In this document: in pieces, positions 9,139-18,239 of the stretch | Numbering within the stretch: the stretch's first letter is position 1 | Layout of the letters: each line of letters starts with the position of its first letter | Origin: an uncultured bacterium | Lineage (GTDB): Bacteria; Fidelibacterota; Marinisomatia; Marinisomatales; CAZVFT01 | Reading direction: 5' to 3' | DNA length: 64,000 bases | NCBI GenBank assembly: GCA_964626495.1 | Contig: CAZVFT010000002.1 | Location: 97-64,096, forward strand | Program-made: the position numbers and the translations under genes | The notes under the pieces: model-generated | Seen by the model: the letters and a program-made list of their open reading frames with translations, nothing else | Database searches by the model: none | Told to the model about the DNA's origin: nothing

Positions 9139-10785
9139 TCACAATTCTTCATGACTGAGAGTATTACGATACGTTAACTGATTATTTAATACTTCAATAG
9201 CTTTCAGTACTTGTTTGTCATCATCAAACGACGAAGAAATTCGAGCAGCCTGACCTCCAAGTACGGAGGAGAATTCACGCTCTAACCCAATGGTTAAAAA
9301 GTCAACCTCCTTATCAAATATGTTTTGCTTCTTAGTAGCAAAATGTTCGGATAACAGGTTTAGAGCATGTTGTACGGTTAAATTCTTTTTATCAAGAGAG
9401 TCCAATTCCGACTCAAGGGTAAGAAAATATTTTTCCCCTTTAACTTTTATTTCAATGTCCTTCGTTGATACATAACTCTTGAATGCAGACACAATTTTAT
9501 CATCTATAGTCACAGGTAAAGTCATGGAATAATTTTTCACGTGAGTGGAAGAAAATTTAAAAAATAGTCCTTTTCGCCAGCATTCTCTCGTGAGTGCGGG
9601 GACTTTTTCAAAATTAACCTCAATATCAGGAGTAATACCTCCCTTTGCATAAACCTCTCTTCCACTGGTGGTAAAAAACAGTGAGTCCTCTTCACCCTTA
9701 ACTATAAGAAGTTCATCTCTAATATATCCGGGTTTCTGAATTAATCTACCCGAAGGAATGTAATATTTGGCTGTAGTAATTTTTAACGAATGCTCTCGAT
9801 CCAGTGGAAAGACAGATTGTACTAACCCCTTTCCAAATGACTGAGTACCGACAATCACTCCCCTGTCAATATCCTGAATTGCTCCTGCAAGAATTTCACT
9901 TGCTGATGCACTTCCTCCGTCAATTAAAACAGCAATTTGCACAGAGGTGGAAATAATTGGATCATTCTGGGACGTATAACTCCTGTTTGATTCCTCAGAT
10001 TGTCCATGAGTATCCAATAACTGTGCTCCCTTCTCTGTCACCATATCTAAGATTTTTATGGCAGACTCCAACAATCCCCCCGGATTTCCTCTAACATCGA
10101 GAATTAACTTGGATAGACCCTGGTCCTTTAACCTCAACAGTGATTTTTTAAATTCGCCGGATAAATTTTTCGAGAATCGTGTAATTCGAATATAACCAAT
10201 TTCATCATCAATCATACCAGCATATGGAATATCCTGTATTTTGATTGATTCACGTGTAAGTTCAAAATCAATCAGGTCATCCTCACCTGAACGAAGAATC
10301 GTTAAAACAACAAGTGTTCCCTTCGTTCCTCTAATCATTTTAGCAGCTTCATCTAATTTCATATTTTCAGTTGATTCACCATCAATTTTCACAATTCTAT
10401 CACCTGTGAGAATCCCTGCTCGCTTGGCTGGAGTATCTTCCATTGGGGCAATTACGGTCAATGTATCATCTCTCATACCCAGTTGAATACCCACTCCTCC
10501 ATACTTCCCTTTCGTAAGCATATCAATACCTTCACGATCTTCTCGCTCAAGACTGATGGTATAGGGATCCAATTCCGACAGCATCCCATCAATACCGGCT
10601 TTTGCTAATTCAGCCGGGTCAATACGGTCTGAGTAATGGGTCAGAACTTTTTTATATACCTCATAAAGATATTTCCAGTTACGGCTCGCTTCCAAATATT
10701 GGTCAGAACCTGCCAAAATAAATGTGAGCAAGCACAATGTGGCAAAGGTAACGAAAATACCTTTCTTAAATGAAATCTTAGTCAT
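9139..10785 (-). CDS. ctp: Carboxy-terminal processing (S41 tail-specific) protease with PDZ domain
   Basis: 548-aa ORF; N-terminal signal anchor, PDZ-like GDRIVKIDG, S41 catalytic region GGSASASEILAGA. Confidence 0.88.
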   Translation of the reverse strand: MTKISFKKGIFVTFATLCLLTFILAGSDQYLEASRNWKYLYEVYKKVLTHYSDRIDPAELAKAGIDGMLSELDPYTISLEREDREGIDMLTKGKYGGVGIQLGMRDDTLTVIAPMEDTPAKRAGILTGDRIVKIDGESTENMKLDEAAKMIRGTKGTLVVLTILRSGEDDLIDFELTRESIKIQDIPYAGMIDDEIGYIRITRFSKNLSGEFKKSLLRLKDQGLSKLILDVRGNPGGLLESAIKILDMVTEKGAQLLDTHGQSEESNRSYTSQNDPIISTSVQIAVLIDGGSASASEILAGAIQDIDRGVIVGTQSFGKGLVQSVFPLDREHSLKITTAKYYIPSGRLIQKPGYIRDELLIVKGEEDSLFFTTSGREVYAKGGITPDIEVNFEKVPALTRECWRKGLFFKFSSTHVKNYSMTLPVTIDDKIVSAFKSYVSTKDIEIKVKGEKYFLTLESELDSLDKKNLTVQHALNLLSEHFATKKQNIFDKEVDFLTIGLEREFSSVLGGQAARISSSFDDDKQVLKAIEVLNNQLTYRNTLSHEEL

Positions 10786-11410
10786 GAATAAAACTCCTTA
10801 ATCTCTTTTGTGTTTTATCCCAAATGATATCTTCTATCTCAGCGATAGATTTATCTCCATCAACAACAATATATCTTCCGATTTCTTCTTTTGCAAGGGA
10901 AAGGTATCCCTCACGAATCTTTCTCAGGAAAATATCATCTTCCTGTTCCAACCTATCAAATTTTTTCCCATACATTCTTTCCCTGCACTTCTCAATAGAA
11001 AGATCAATCAGGAAAGTCATCTGAGGAACTAATTCATACGTAGCCACACGATTGAGTTCTCGAAGCCACGTTATATCCAGCCCCCGACCGTATCCCTGAT
11101 AGGCAATCGTTGAATCAAAATATCGGTCACATATAACAACTTTTCCTTCATCAAGTGCAGGGATTATGATTTCTTTCGTCAATTGAGAACGACTGGCAGC
11201 CAGTAAAATAGATTCTGTTACAGGATCCATTTCAACATTTTCCGCAGATAAAAGAATCTTCCGGATCATTTCAGATATTTTTGTTCCACCCGGTTCCCGA
11301 GCAAATATAACCTCGTGTCCATTAACCTCAAATCGCTTCTTAAGAACAACTGCCTGGGTCGTCTTCCCGCAACCATCTATTCCTTCAAATGTGATGAATA
11401 TTCCTCTCAT
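10778..11410 (-). CDS. tmk: Thymidylate kinase
   Basis: P-loop FEGIDGCGKTTQ, DRYFDSTIAYQG motif; 210 aa. Confidence 0.9.
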   Translation of the reverse strand: MRGIFITFEGIDGCGKTTQAVVLKKRFEVNGHEVIFAREPGGTKISEMIRKILLSAENVEMDPVTESILLAASRSQLTKEIIIPALDEGKVVICDRYFDSTIAYQGYGRGLDITWLRELNRVATYELVPQMTFLIDLSIEKCRERMYGKKFDRLEQEDDIFLRKIREGYLSLAKEEIGRYIVVDGDKSIAEIEDIIWDKTQKRLRSFIHD

Positions 11411-11529
11411 TTTATCAGTCCGCCTAAATTATTACTTGTCTATTGAAGAGTCCACTCTGAAAAGGTATTTTTACAAACGTATGAGATTATCAACCTCATA
11501 TATTGCGACGCATTGAGCTGGCGCTGTCC

Positions 11530-11639
11530 TGAGCTTGTTGAAGGGTCGAAATGTTGAAGATAACCTTTTTGCATTAGCGAGAATTAGCGTAAACCTGTCA
11601 GGCTTTTAACTGATTGGCGGTTTCTGGAGTACATTCATT
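11530..11639. repeat. Intergenic repeat family, copy 1 (rsmI-tmk spacer)
   Basis: Aligns by eye with 16368-16469 and 29011..29099; shared core ATTAGCGARAATTAGCGTWAACCTGTCAGGCTT...CTGATTRGCGGTTTCTGGAGTA.ATTCATT. Confidence 0.8.
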
Positions 11640-11643
11640 GAAT

Positions 11644-12327
11644 TTAAAAAAACACATTCGGGTTATCCTTCCCAATGACAATAACAATTTCCCCTCTTGC
11701 CTTGTGTTTTTGAAAATTTGTTACTGCTTCTTCTAAAGTACCGCGAAAAACATCTTCATACATCTTGGTTAACTCTCGACATATTGCTACAGGTCGATTC
11801 CCGACATAGTTTGCGCAATCTTTGAGCGTTTTCAAAAGCCGTTCCGGTGATTCAAAAATAATTATGGAACGATCTTCATTTGCTAATTGAGAAAGACGTG
11901 CCTTTCTTCCTTTCTTTCGCGGTAAAAACCCTTCAAATGCAAATCTATCTATTGGCAATCCCGACAACACTGCAGCTGTCGTTAACGCAGAGGCTCCAGG
12001 AATCACAAACATTTCAATCTTTTCTTTAAGTGATTCACGTATCAACCGATATCCTGGGTCACTAATTCCTGGTAAACCTGCATTAGTAACAAGAGCAACA
12101 TCAGAACCAGATTTCAATATTTGAATCACTTTAGGGATCCGTCTTATTTCATTCTGTTCGTAATAACTATACATTTTTACAGAGATATTGTAATGTTTCA
12201 ACAATTTCCCTGTTCGACGCGTATCCTCAGCAAGAATTACATCAACGTTTTTCAGTACATCCAGAGCCCTTAGGGTAATATCTTTAAGATTACCGATAGG
12301 TGTGGCAACAATATAAAGAGTAGAAAT
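11644..12327 (-). CDS. rsmI: 16S rRNA 2'-O-methyltransferase RsmI, proposed ATT start
   Basis: The conserved N-terminus LYIVATPIGNLKDITLRALDVL...AEDTRRT lies upstream of the tracked TTG at 12204. An in-frame TAA sits at 12333-12331. The only plausible start is ATT at 12327, 7 nt after AGGAG. Confidence 0.8.
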   Translation of the reverse strand: MSTLYIVATPIGNLKDITLRALDVLKNVDVILAEDTRRTGKLLKHYNISVKMYSYYEQNEIRRIPKVIQILKSGSDVALVTNAGLPGISDPGYRLIRESLKEKIEMFVIPGASALTTAAVLSGLPIDRFAFEGFLPRKKGRKARLSQLANEDRSIIIFESPERLLKTLKDCANYVGNRPVAICRELTKMYEDVFRGTLEEAVTNFQKHKARGEIVIVIGKDNPNVFF

Positions 12328-12337
12328 GAATTAACTC

Positions 12338-13660
12338 CTAATTATAAAGAGCATCAAGTGACTTGCGAATAGTTTCAATCCCAAAATCGATATCTTCAGA
12401 ACTGATATTCAAAGGAGGACGGAACCGAATGGAACAAGTGCCACTTCCCGACAATATTGTTCCATTTTTTAAGATCTTAGATTTTAGCTTATCTCTCAAT
12501 TCTTCTGAAGGTAAGTTAAAAGCACACATCAATCCAAGCCCCCTGACATTGTTGACTGTATCCGGATAGTCACTTTGTATTTCGTACAGCTCGTTTAATA
12601 AATATTTCCCTGTTTCACCAGCTTTTTCGATGAGATTCTCATTCTTTATTATTTCCAGATAAATGGTGAATCGAACCATATCCGCTAAACTGCCGCCCCA
12701 GGTAGAATTGAGACGATTGGATTCTTTAAAGACATTATCCTCGATTTCATCAATACGATCACTGGAAACAAATCCACAAACCTGAGATTTTTTCCCAAAA
12801 CACATCATATCCGGTTTTAAATCAAAATGTTCCCAAGCCCACCATTTCCCGGTGATTCCCAGCCCACTTTGAACCTCATCGAAAATTAGCATAATCTCAC
12901 TTTCGTCGCAAACATCACGAAGCTTCTGGAAAAACTCCTGTCGAAAGTGATTGTCCCCTCCCTCACCCTGGACGGGTTCTATAATCAGTGTGGAAATATC
13001 ATCTCCATATTTATGAATTGCGTCTTTGATTTGAGTCAGTGCTTGTGTTTCAGTTTTCAATATTTTCTCAAGGTTGTCATTTTCCAATGGAAAAGTAATT
13101 GTAGGATTAACGATTCGAGGCCAGTTGAATTTTGGGAAATAAGCTGTTTTCCGAAGGTCAGCTGAGTCAGTAAGAGAAAGGGTATACCCCGTTCGACCAT
13201 GAAAACATTGTTCAAAATGAATGACCTGAGATCCAATCTCCCCTTTCAAACCTTTTTTGAAATTCTTTTTCACTTTCCAGTCAAATGATGCCTTTAATGC
13301 ATTCTCAACAGCCAGTGCTCCACCCTCAATAAAAAATGCATATTTAAAATGATCAGGAACGGCAATCTCAAAAAAGGTATCAATAAATTCTGCCATTTGA
13401 ACGGAATAAAAGTCTGAGTTAGTGGGTTTATTGATAGAAGCTGTAGCGATTCTTTCCTTTGCCTCCAGCACTTTTGGATGGTTAAAACCAAGAGGAAGAG
13501 TAGCAAACATTGCAAAAAGATCAAGATATTCACGACCATCCCTACCGTCCACTAACCACGACCCATGACTTTTTTCCAGATCAACAATCTGTAAATAACC
13601 ATCTGTCAGTATATGCTCCGACAGAATATTTATTACTTCATTGGCGACAATTTTACCCAT
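12338..13660 (-). CDS. lat: L-lysine 6-(epsilon)-aminotransferase (class III PLP aminotransferase)
   Basis: 440 aa; close by-eye match to characterised bacterial LAT (NKPTNSDFYS, FIEGGALAVENALKASFDWK, RLNSTWGGSLADM). Confidence 0.85.
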   Translation of the reverse strand: MGKIVANEVINILSEHILTDGYLQIVDLEKSHGSWLVDGRDGREYLDLFAMFATLPLGFNHPKVLEAKERIATASINKPTNSDFYSVQMAEFIDTFFEIAVPDHFKYAFFIEGGALAVENALKASFDWKVKKNFKKGLKGEIGSQVIHFEQCFHGRTGYTLSLTDSADLRKTAYFPKFNWPRIVNPTITFPLENDNLEKILKTETQALTQIKDAIHKYGDDISTLIIEPVQGEGGDNHFRQEFFQKLRDVCDESEIMLIFDEVQSGLGITGKWWAWEHFDLKPDMMCFGKKSQVCGFVSSDRIDEIEDNVFKESNRLNSTWGGSLADMVRFTIYLEIIKNENLIEKAGETGKYLLNELYEIQSDYPDTVNNVRGLGLMCAFNLPSEELRDKLKSKILKNGTILSGSGTCSIRFRPPLNISSEDIDFGIETIRKSLDALYN

Positions 13661-13669
13661 TCTATTTTC

Positions 13670-14995
13670 CTACTTTATTCTGACTCGTTTTTCTATCATC
13701 TTTATATTTAGATTTTCCAATTCAGCTAATACAGGCTGGTAAATTTTCTTCACATTAGGAATATGTACACCCATCAGCGGAATTTTTCCTTCAGCCATTA
13801 ATTTAACTCCTATAGCCAATGGAAGACTAACAGTTCTTGCCATGGAAGTGTCTCCATAAGGAATACCGTAGTCAATCAAGGTAGATGTGATTATATCTCT
13901 GCTTTTATCACTGTTTTCAACCGCGAATTTGTGGCGAAGAATTATCATATCCTTTTCACCTTCCCGGTAAAATAGTTTCTCCTGCATTCGGTGGCATAAA
14001 ATATCAAGGTAATTATTCAAATCAGGCAGTCTATCATCACTGAAAAGACCCAGCCAATCCAATCTTCGAATGATATCAGAATTAGTACCGATTCCGAGTT
14101 TCTCTGCAGTAGCAGAAATTACATCATTTAGCTCTGTAACATTAGTAATCTCTGCCATCATTTCGATATAAGATTTTCCTGTGAGATTTTCCTGCAATGT
14201 ATCGTCCACCAATCCTATATCTACAATAGCTTTCAAAGTATCACACCAACCCGGATAACGATATGTTCCTCGCATAACAGTCAATGTATCTTTTAATCCG
14301 TACAATTCTTTATAAGGAACAGAGTCCCTGTTTGGATATACTTCAAACTCACCCAGTCCCTCGATTTCCTCAACTCGATAATTTGAAAAAAGCTCTTTCC
14401 CATCAATGTTGACAGTATCTCCATTTTCTAGGAATTGAGCGGAATTTCGGGACGCCAGTACTACTCCCTTCGGACTCCAGGAGAATTTATATCCAAATGG
14501 GTTATCGTTATCCTCTGGAGCTGGTAACCCCCCACAGTAAGAATAAAAATGCAGAACCTTCCCCCCTTCCCTATGAACCTCGTCAATAATTTTCATCGCT
14601 GACATATGATCAATACCGGGATCAACACCCATCTCATTTAAAAACAACAGCTTTTTCCCCTTTACTTCATTGTCAAGAGCTTGCATCTCATCATTAACAT
14701 AGGAAGTGGTTGCTATGTCTTTTCCCAATTCAAGACAGAGTTTTGCAACCTTCACATGATATATCCACGGAAGTAAACTGACCGTGATATCACTCTGTTT
14801 GATGAATTGAACTAATTTTTCCTCATCTTTCACATTGAGAGGAAATGCTGTGCCATTTTTGTAACCTTCAACTAGTTTTTCTGCTTTGCTCACAGTTCGG
14901 GAGGCAACAGTAACAGAAATGTTCGGTTGTTTTAATAAATAGCGAACACCTGGCCTGCTAACCAATCCTGCACCAAGAATTAATATGTTTTTCAT
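13670..14995 (-). CDS. Saccharopine dehydrogenase (glutamate-forming; SDH domain of eukaryotic AASS)
   Basis: 441 aa; Rossmann ILILGAGLVSRP, GVDPGIDHM, YCGGLPAPEDNDNPFGYKFSWSP, EVYPNRDS, colinear with the AASS C-terminal half. Confidence 0.85.
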   Translation of the reverse strand: MKNILILGAGLVSRPGVRYLLKQPNISVTVASRTVSKAEKLVEGYKNGTAFPLNVKDEEKLVQFIKQSDITVSLLPWIYHVKVAKLCLELGKDIATTSYVNDEMQALDNEVKGKKLLFLNEMGVDPGIDHMSAMKIIDEVHREGGKVLHFYSYCGGLPAPEDNDNPFGYKFSWSPKGVVLASRNSAQFLENGDTVNIDGKELFSNYRVEEIEGLGEFEVYPNRDSVPYKELYGLKDTLTVMRGTYRYPGWCDTLKAIVDIGLVDDTLQENLTGKSYIEMMAEITNVTELNDVISATAEKLGIGTNSDIIRRLDWLGLFSDDRLPDLNNYLDILCHRMQEKLFYREGEKDMIILRHKFAVENSDKSRDIITSTLIDYGIPYGDTSMARTVSLPLAIGVKLMAEGKIPLMGVHIPNVKKIYQPVLAELENLNIKMIEKRVRIK

Positions 14996-16299
14996 AATGT
15001 CTCCTGTTTTAAAAATTGTTCCATGTAACGATATTCAACAGTCAGAACTCCACGGTGGAGTATTAACGCTTTTTTAATTGGATATGATAATCCTAAATTT
15101 TCGAAATCAACATTGAAATCTACCATAACAATCTCGTTCACAAATTCTTTCAGAACTGAAGAAAATTCAATAGAGGCTTCCCTGGAAAAATCAGCAGGCA
15201 GATTATCAACAGCCATAACAGTAATTCCTTCGCTATATATGCCATCTTTGAATTGATCCTGGAGAGGAAAATACGTGAATGTGTCGTCATCTGGATTTGT
15301 GGTTTTGTACGTGATTTCAACAGCTCCATTTATATCACAACTTATATCCCCAATCACCGAAAGAGTAGTATCTTGCCGATTCTTTAAATAATTTTTAGTG
15401 ACAAGTCTGGGATAATCTTCCGACCAGAAAATGCAATTCATTAAAATAGTAAGATAGGGAAGATATGTATGGAAGTTTGGTACATATTTTCCCGGGTGAT
15501 CATAATAATCTTGTAACTCAAACTGACCGTCTTTGGGATTCACCATATGTTTCTCTTTGAATTCAACCTTATACAAATTAAAACAGTCAGATTGAATTTG
15601 GTCATATTTGTCCGCAAGTTCAGCAGGGTGAATTTCATAATAAGGCAGCAGGTCAAAAATTTCCTGAGCACCTTTCGAGACATTCCCATACCCTGTGAAT
15701 CCAACAATTAATGGGCAGATTTCAACGGGGAGTCCCCTTTCATTTATTTCATTTCCAATTTCTCTTACATGTTCCTTCGCATCTTCGACAGAAACATATT
15801 CTGATAGTCGTTTAATTTTCTCAAAAGGAGTAGACTGTCCCTGAGCTTTGATCTTTTTTCCATAAGCACGAAGGGTTCTTAGCATTCCTGCTAGACCAGC
15901 ATAACGTCCAAAAAATATCATACGCATATCTTGCTCATCCACAATCCGTTCAAAATCAATTAAATTACATTTTAAATCCATCAGTTTATTCAACATCATC
16001 ATATTGTGAGATTGACCTTTAATCGTGTGGGAAAAAAACACGTATGTTTTATTTTCCAGAAGAAACTCCACTGGAATTTCTTTTACAGCAAAAATTGTAC
16101 TGGCACTACTTAAATCTTCCGATACTTTAGCATCGGAATATTGATATTCCTCGTCAGAAAATATCCTGATATTTGATGGTTGGATGATGGTTCGGATATT
16201 GTATTTTTTCTTTAAATTTAAAATATCATCTGGAATCAGTGGAACCCGTCTTTCCCAAATATTTTTATCTTCCCGACGAATTCCAATTATCCCAGACAT
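14992..16299 (-). CDS. Lysine-ketoglutarate reductase (saccharopine-forming; LKR domain of AASS)
   Basis: 435 aa; GIRREDKNIWERRVPL, IIQPSN.RIF, YVFFSHTIKGQ, FTGYGNVSKGAQEIF, colinear with the AASS N-terminal half; 4-nt overlap with the SDH gene. Confidence 0.85.
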   Translation of the reverse strand: MSGIIGIRREDKNIWERRVPLIPDDILNLKKKYNIRTIIQPSNIRIFSDEEYQYSDAKVSEDLSSASTIFAVKEIPVEFLLENKTYVFFSHTIKGQSHNMMMLNKLMDLKCNLIDFERIVDEQDMRMIFFGRYAGLAGMLRTLRAYGKKIKAQGQSTPFEKIKRLSEYVSVEDAKEHVREIGNEINERGLPVEICPLIVGFTGYGNVSKGAQEIFDLLPYYEIHPAELADKYDQIQSDCFNLYKVEFKEKHMVNPKDGQFELQDYYDHPGKYVPNFHTYLPYLTILMNCIFWSEDYPRLVTKNYLKNRQDTTLSVIGDISCDINGAVEITYKTTNPDDDTFTYFPLQDQFKDGIYSEGITVMAVDNLPADFSREASIEFSSVLKEFVNEIVMVDFNVDFENLGLSYPIKKALILHRGVLTVEYRYMEQFLKQETL

Positions 16300-16367
16300 G
16301 TTTATCTATAATTCAGCATTGAGCCCTTCGGCTTCGCTCAGGACAGACCTGCCGAAATGTGATGCGT

Positions 16368-16469
16368 TGAGCTTGTCGAAATATTGAAGATAGCGTTTCG
16401 CCATTAGCGAAAATTAGCGTTAACCTGTCAGGCTTCCGACTGATTAGCGGTTTCTGGAGTAGATTCATT
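16368..16469. repeat. Intergenic repeat family, copy 2 (ALDH-LKR spacer)
   Basis: See copy 1; about 90% identity over the 65-nt core. Confidence 0.8.
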
Positions 16470-16485
16470 TTAAAAATCAGGAATA

Positions 16486-18012
16486 TCAGTCTGAGAAATC
16501 ACCGAATTTAATTCCCTGAGCCAGTGGCATTTCGTGACTCCAGTTAATCGTATTTGTCTGTCGTCGCATATACGCCTTCCAAGCATCTGAACCAGCTTCT
16601 CTCCCACCTCCTGTATCCTTTTCCCCGCCGAAAGCTCCACCAATCTCGGCTCCGGACGTACCAATATTGATGTTTGCAATCCCGCAGTCGCTACCCTTAT
16701 GTGAAAGAAATTTCTCAGCGTTGATGAGATCAGTCGTAAACATCGAACTGGAAAGTCCCTGAGGAACATCGTTGTGCATTCGGATGGCATCATCAATAGA
16801 TTCATACTCGATCAGGTAGAGAATAGGAGCAAAGGTTTCTTCCTGAACAAGAGGGAAATGATTTTCAGCTTTGGCGATGGTTGGTTCTACAAAATATCCC
16901 GAACGATCCAACACCTTGCCACCGTAAAGGATCTCACCGCCTTCCTCTTTCAGACGATCAAGTGCAACTAAATATGTCTCAACAGTTGCTTGATTCACAA
17001 GAGGTCCCATCAGTACCTCTTCATCCATCGGATTTCCAATGTTGACCTGCTGATACGCATCAATGAGCATTGACGTCACTTTATCAAACTGAGATTTATG
17101 AATAAATACTCTCCGGGTGGACGTACATCTCTGCCCGGCAGTGCCAACGGCCCCGAAAACGATAGCTGGTATAGTAAGTTTGAAATCCGCTGATTCATCC
17201 ACAATAATCGCATTATTTCCGCCAAGTTCAAGAATGGTGCTACCCAGTCGATCACCCACAACCCCACCAATCCGACGTCCTATGGCTGTCGAACCTGTGA
17301 AAGATACCAGTGGAATCCTGTTATCCTTGATTAACCTTTCCCCGATCGTTTTTCCGCTGCCAATTACAAGACTAAATATGTGGGGATAGCCATTCTTTTC
17401 CAGTACTTGATTACAAATATGCTGGATGGCAATGCCACAGAGAGGTGTGGAGGATGACGGTTTCCAGATGACCGTATCACCGCAGACTGCTGCAATGAAA
17501 GCATTCCATGACCAAACAGCCACGGGGAAATTGAAAGCTGTAATAACTCCTATCGGTCCTAAAGGATGCCATTGTTCGTACATCCGATGAAGATACCGCT
17601 CCGAATGCATTGTAAGTCCATATAACTGGCGCGAAAGTCCTACTGCAAAATCAGCAATATCAATCATTTCCTGAACTTCACCATCGCCTTCAGTTTTAAT
17701 TTTTCCCATCTCCAGAGAGACAAGACTGCCAAGATTATCTTTGTTCTTTCGTAATTCCTCAGCCATTAGTCGAACCATCTCTCCCCGTTTGGGTGCTGGA
17801 ATCATTCGCCATTCCTTGAATGCTTCAATGGATTTTTCCATCACATCTTCATAATCCGATTTGGATGCCTGATAGACAGAGGCAATAACCTCCTCAATAG
17901 CAGGATTAACTGAATCCAACTTCCCTGCTGTAACAGTAGTTGACCAACCTCCAGGACCTGAACAAGCCCCTGGATTTTCCTGTTCAATACCAAGTTGTCG
18001 TAAAATGTTCAT
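16486..18012 (-). CDS. Alpha-aminoadipic semialdehyde (piperideine-6-carboxylate) dehydrogenase, ALDH7/antiquitin type
   Basis: 508 aa; ALDH7-like [25 protein letters not shown], catalytic ELGGNNA and [12 protein letters not shown]. Confidence 0.85.
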   Translation of the reverse strand: MNILRQLGIEQENPGACSGPGGWSTTVTAGKLDSVNPAIEEVIASVYQASKSDYEDVMEKSIEAFKEWRMIPAPKRGEMVRLMAEELRKNKDNLGSLVSLEMGKIKTEGDGEVQEMIDIADFAVGLSRQLYGLTMHSERYLHRMYEQWHPLGPIGVITAFNFPVAVWSWNAFIAAVCGDTVIWKPSSSTPLCGIAIQHICNQVLEKNGYPHIFSLVIGSGKTIGERLIKDNRIPLVSFTGSTAIGRRIGGVVGDRLGSTILELGGNNAIIVDESADFKLTIPAIVFGAVGTAGQRCTSTRRVFIHKSQFDKVTSMLIDAYQQVNIGNPMDEEVLMGPLVNQATVETYLVALDRLKEEGGEILYGGKVLDRSGYFVEPTIAKAENHFPLVQEETFAPILYLIEYESIDDAIRMHNDVPQGLSSSMFTTDLINAEKFLSHKGSDCGIANINIGTSGAEIGGAFGGEKDTGGGREAGSDAWKAYMRRQTNTINWSHEMPLAQGIKFGDFSD

Positions 18013-18239
18013 TATTCATTTCCTTAACTATTTTAATTCGATTGATGAGTTGTTTATTGATGAAATATTTAGAAATATAACGAGGTAAATTTAGACCAGA
18101 TGAAAAATATTTTCAAAGGAATTTGGAGTGAAAATGTAATACCTTACAGGTGATATATTTGGAGTAATGGATTTTTGGAGTAATGATCTTAATACCCATA
18201 GGTGATCCCTTTTACCAATTGAACTCAAAAAAGAGTGTA

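Noticed and set aside
16470-16805. 111-aa ORF, and other ORFs of 60-120 aa overlapping the ALDH7 gene, pheT, rpoB, rpoC and others in alternative frames or on the opposite strand
   Set aside because: All lie inside long ORFs with clear homology-like signatures. They have no RBS context and low-complexity translations, so they are frame shadows.
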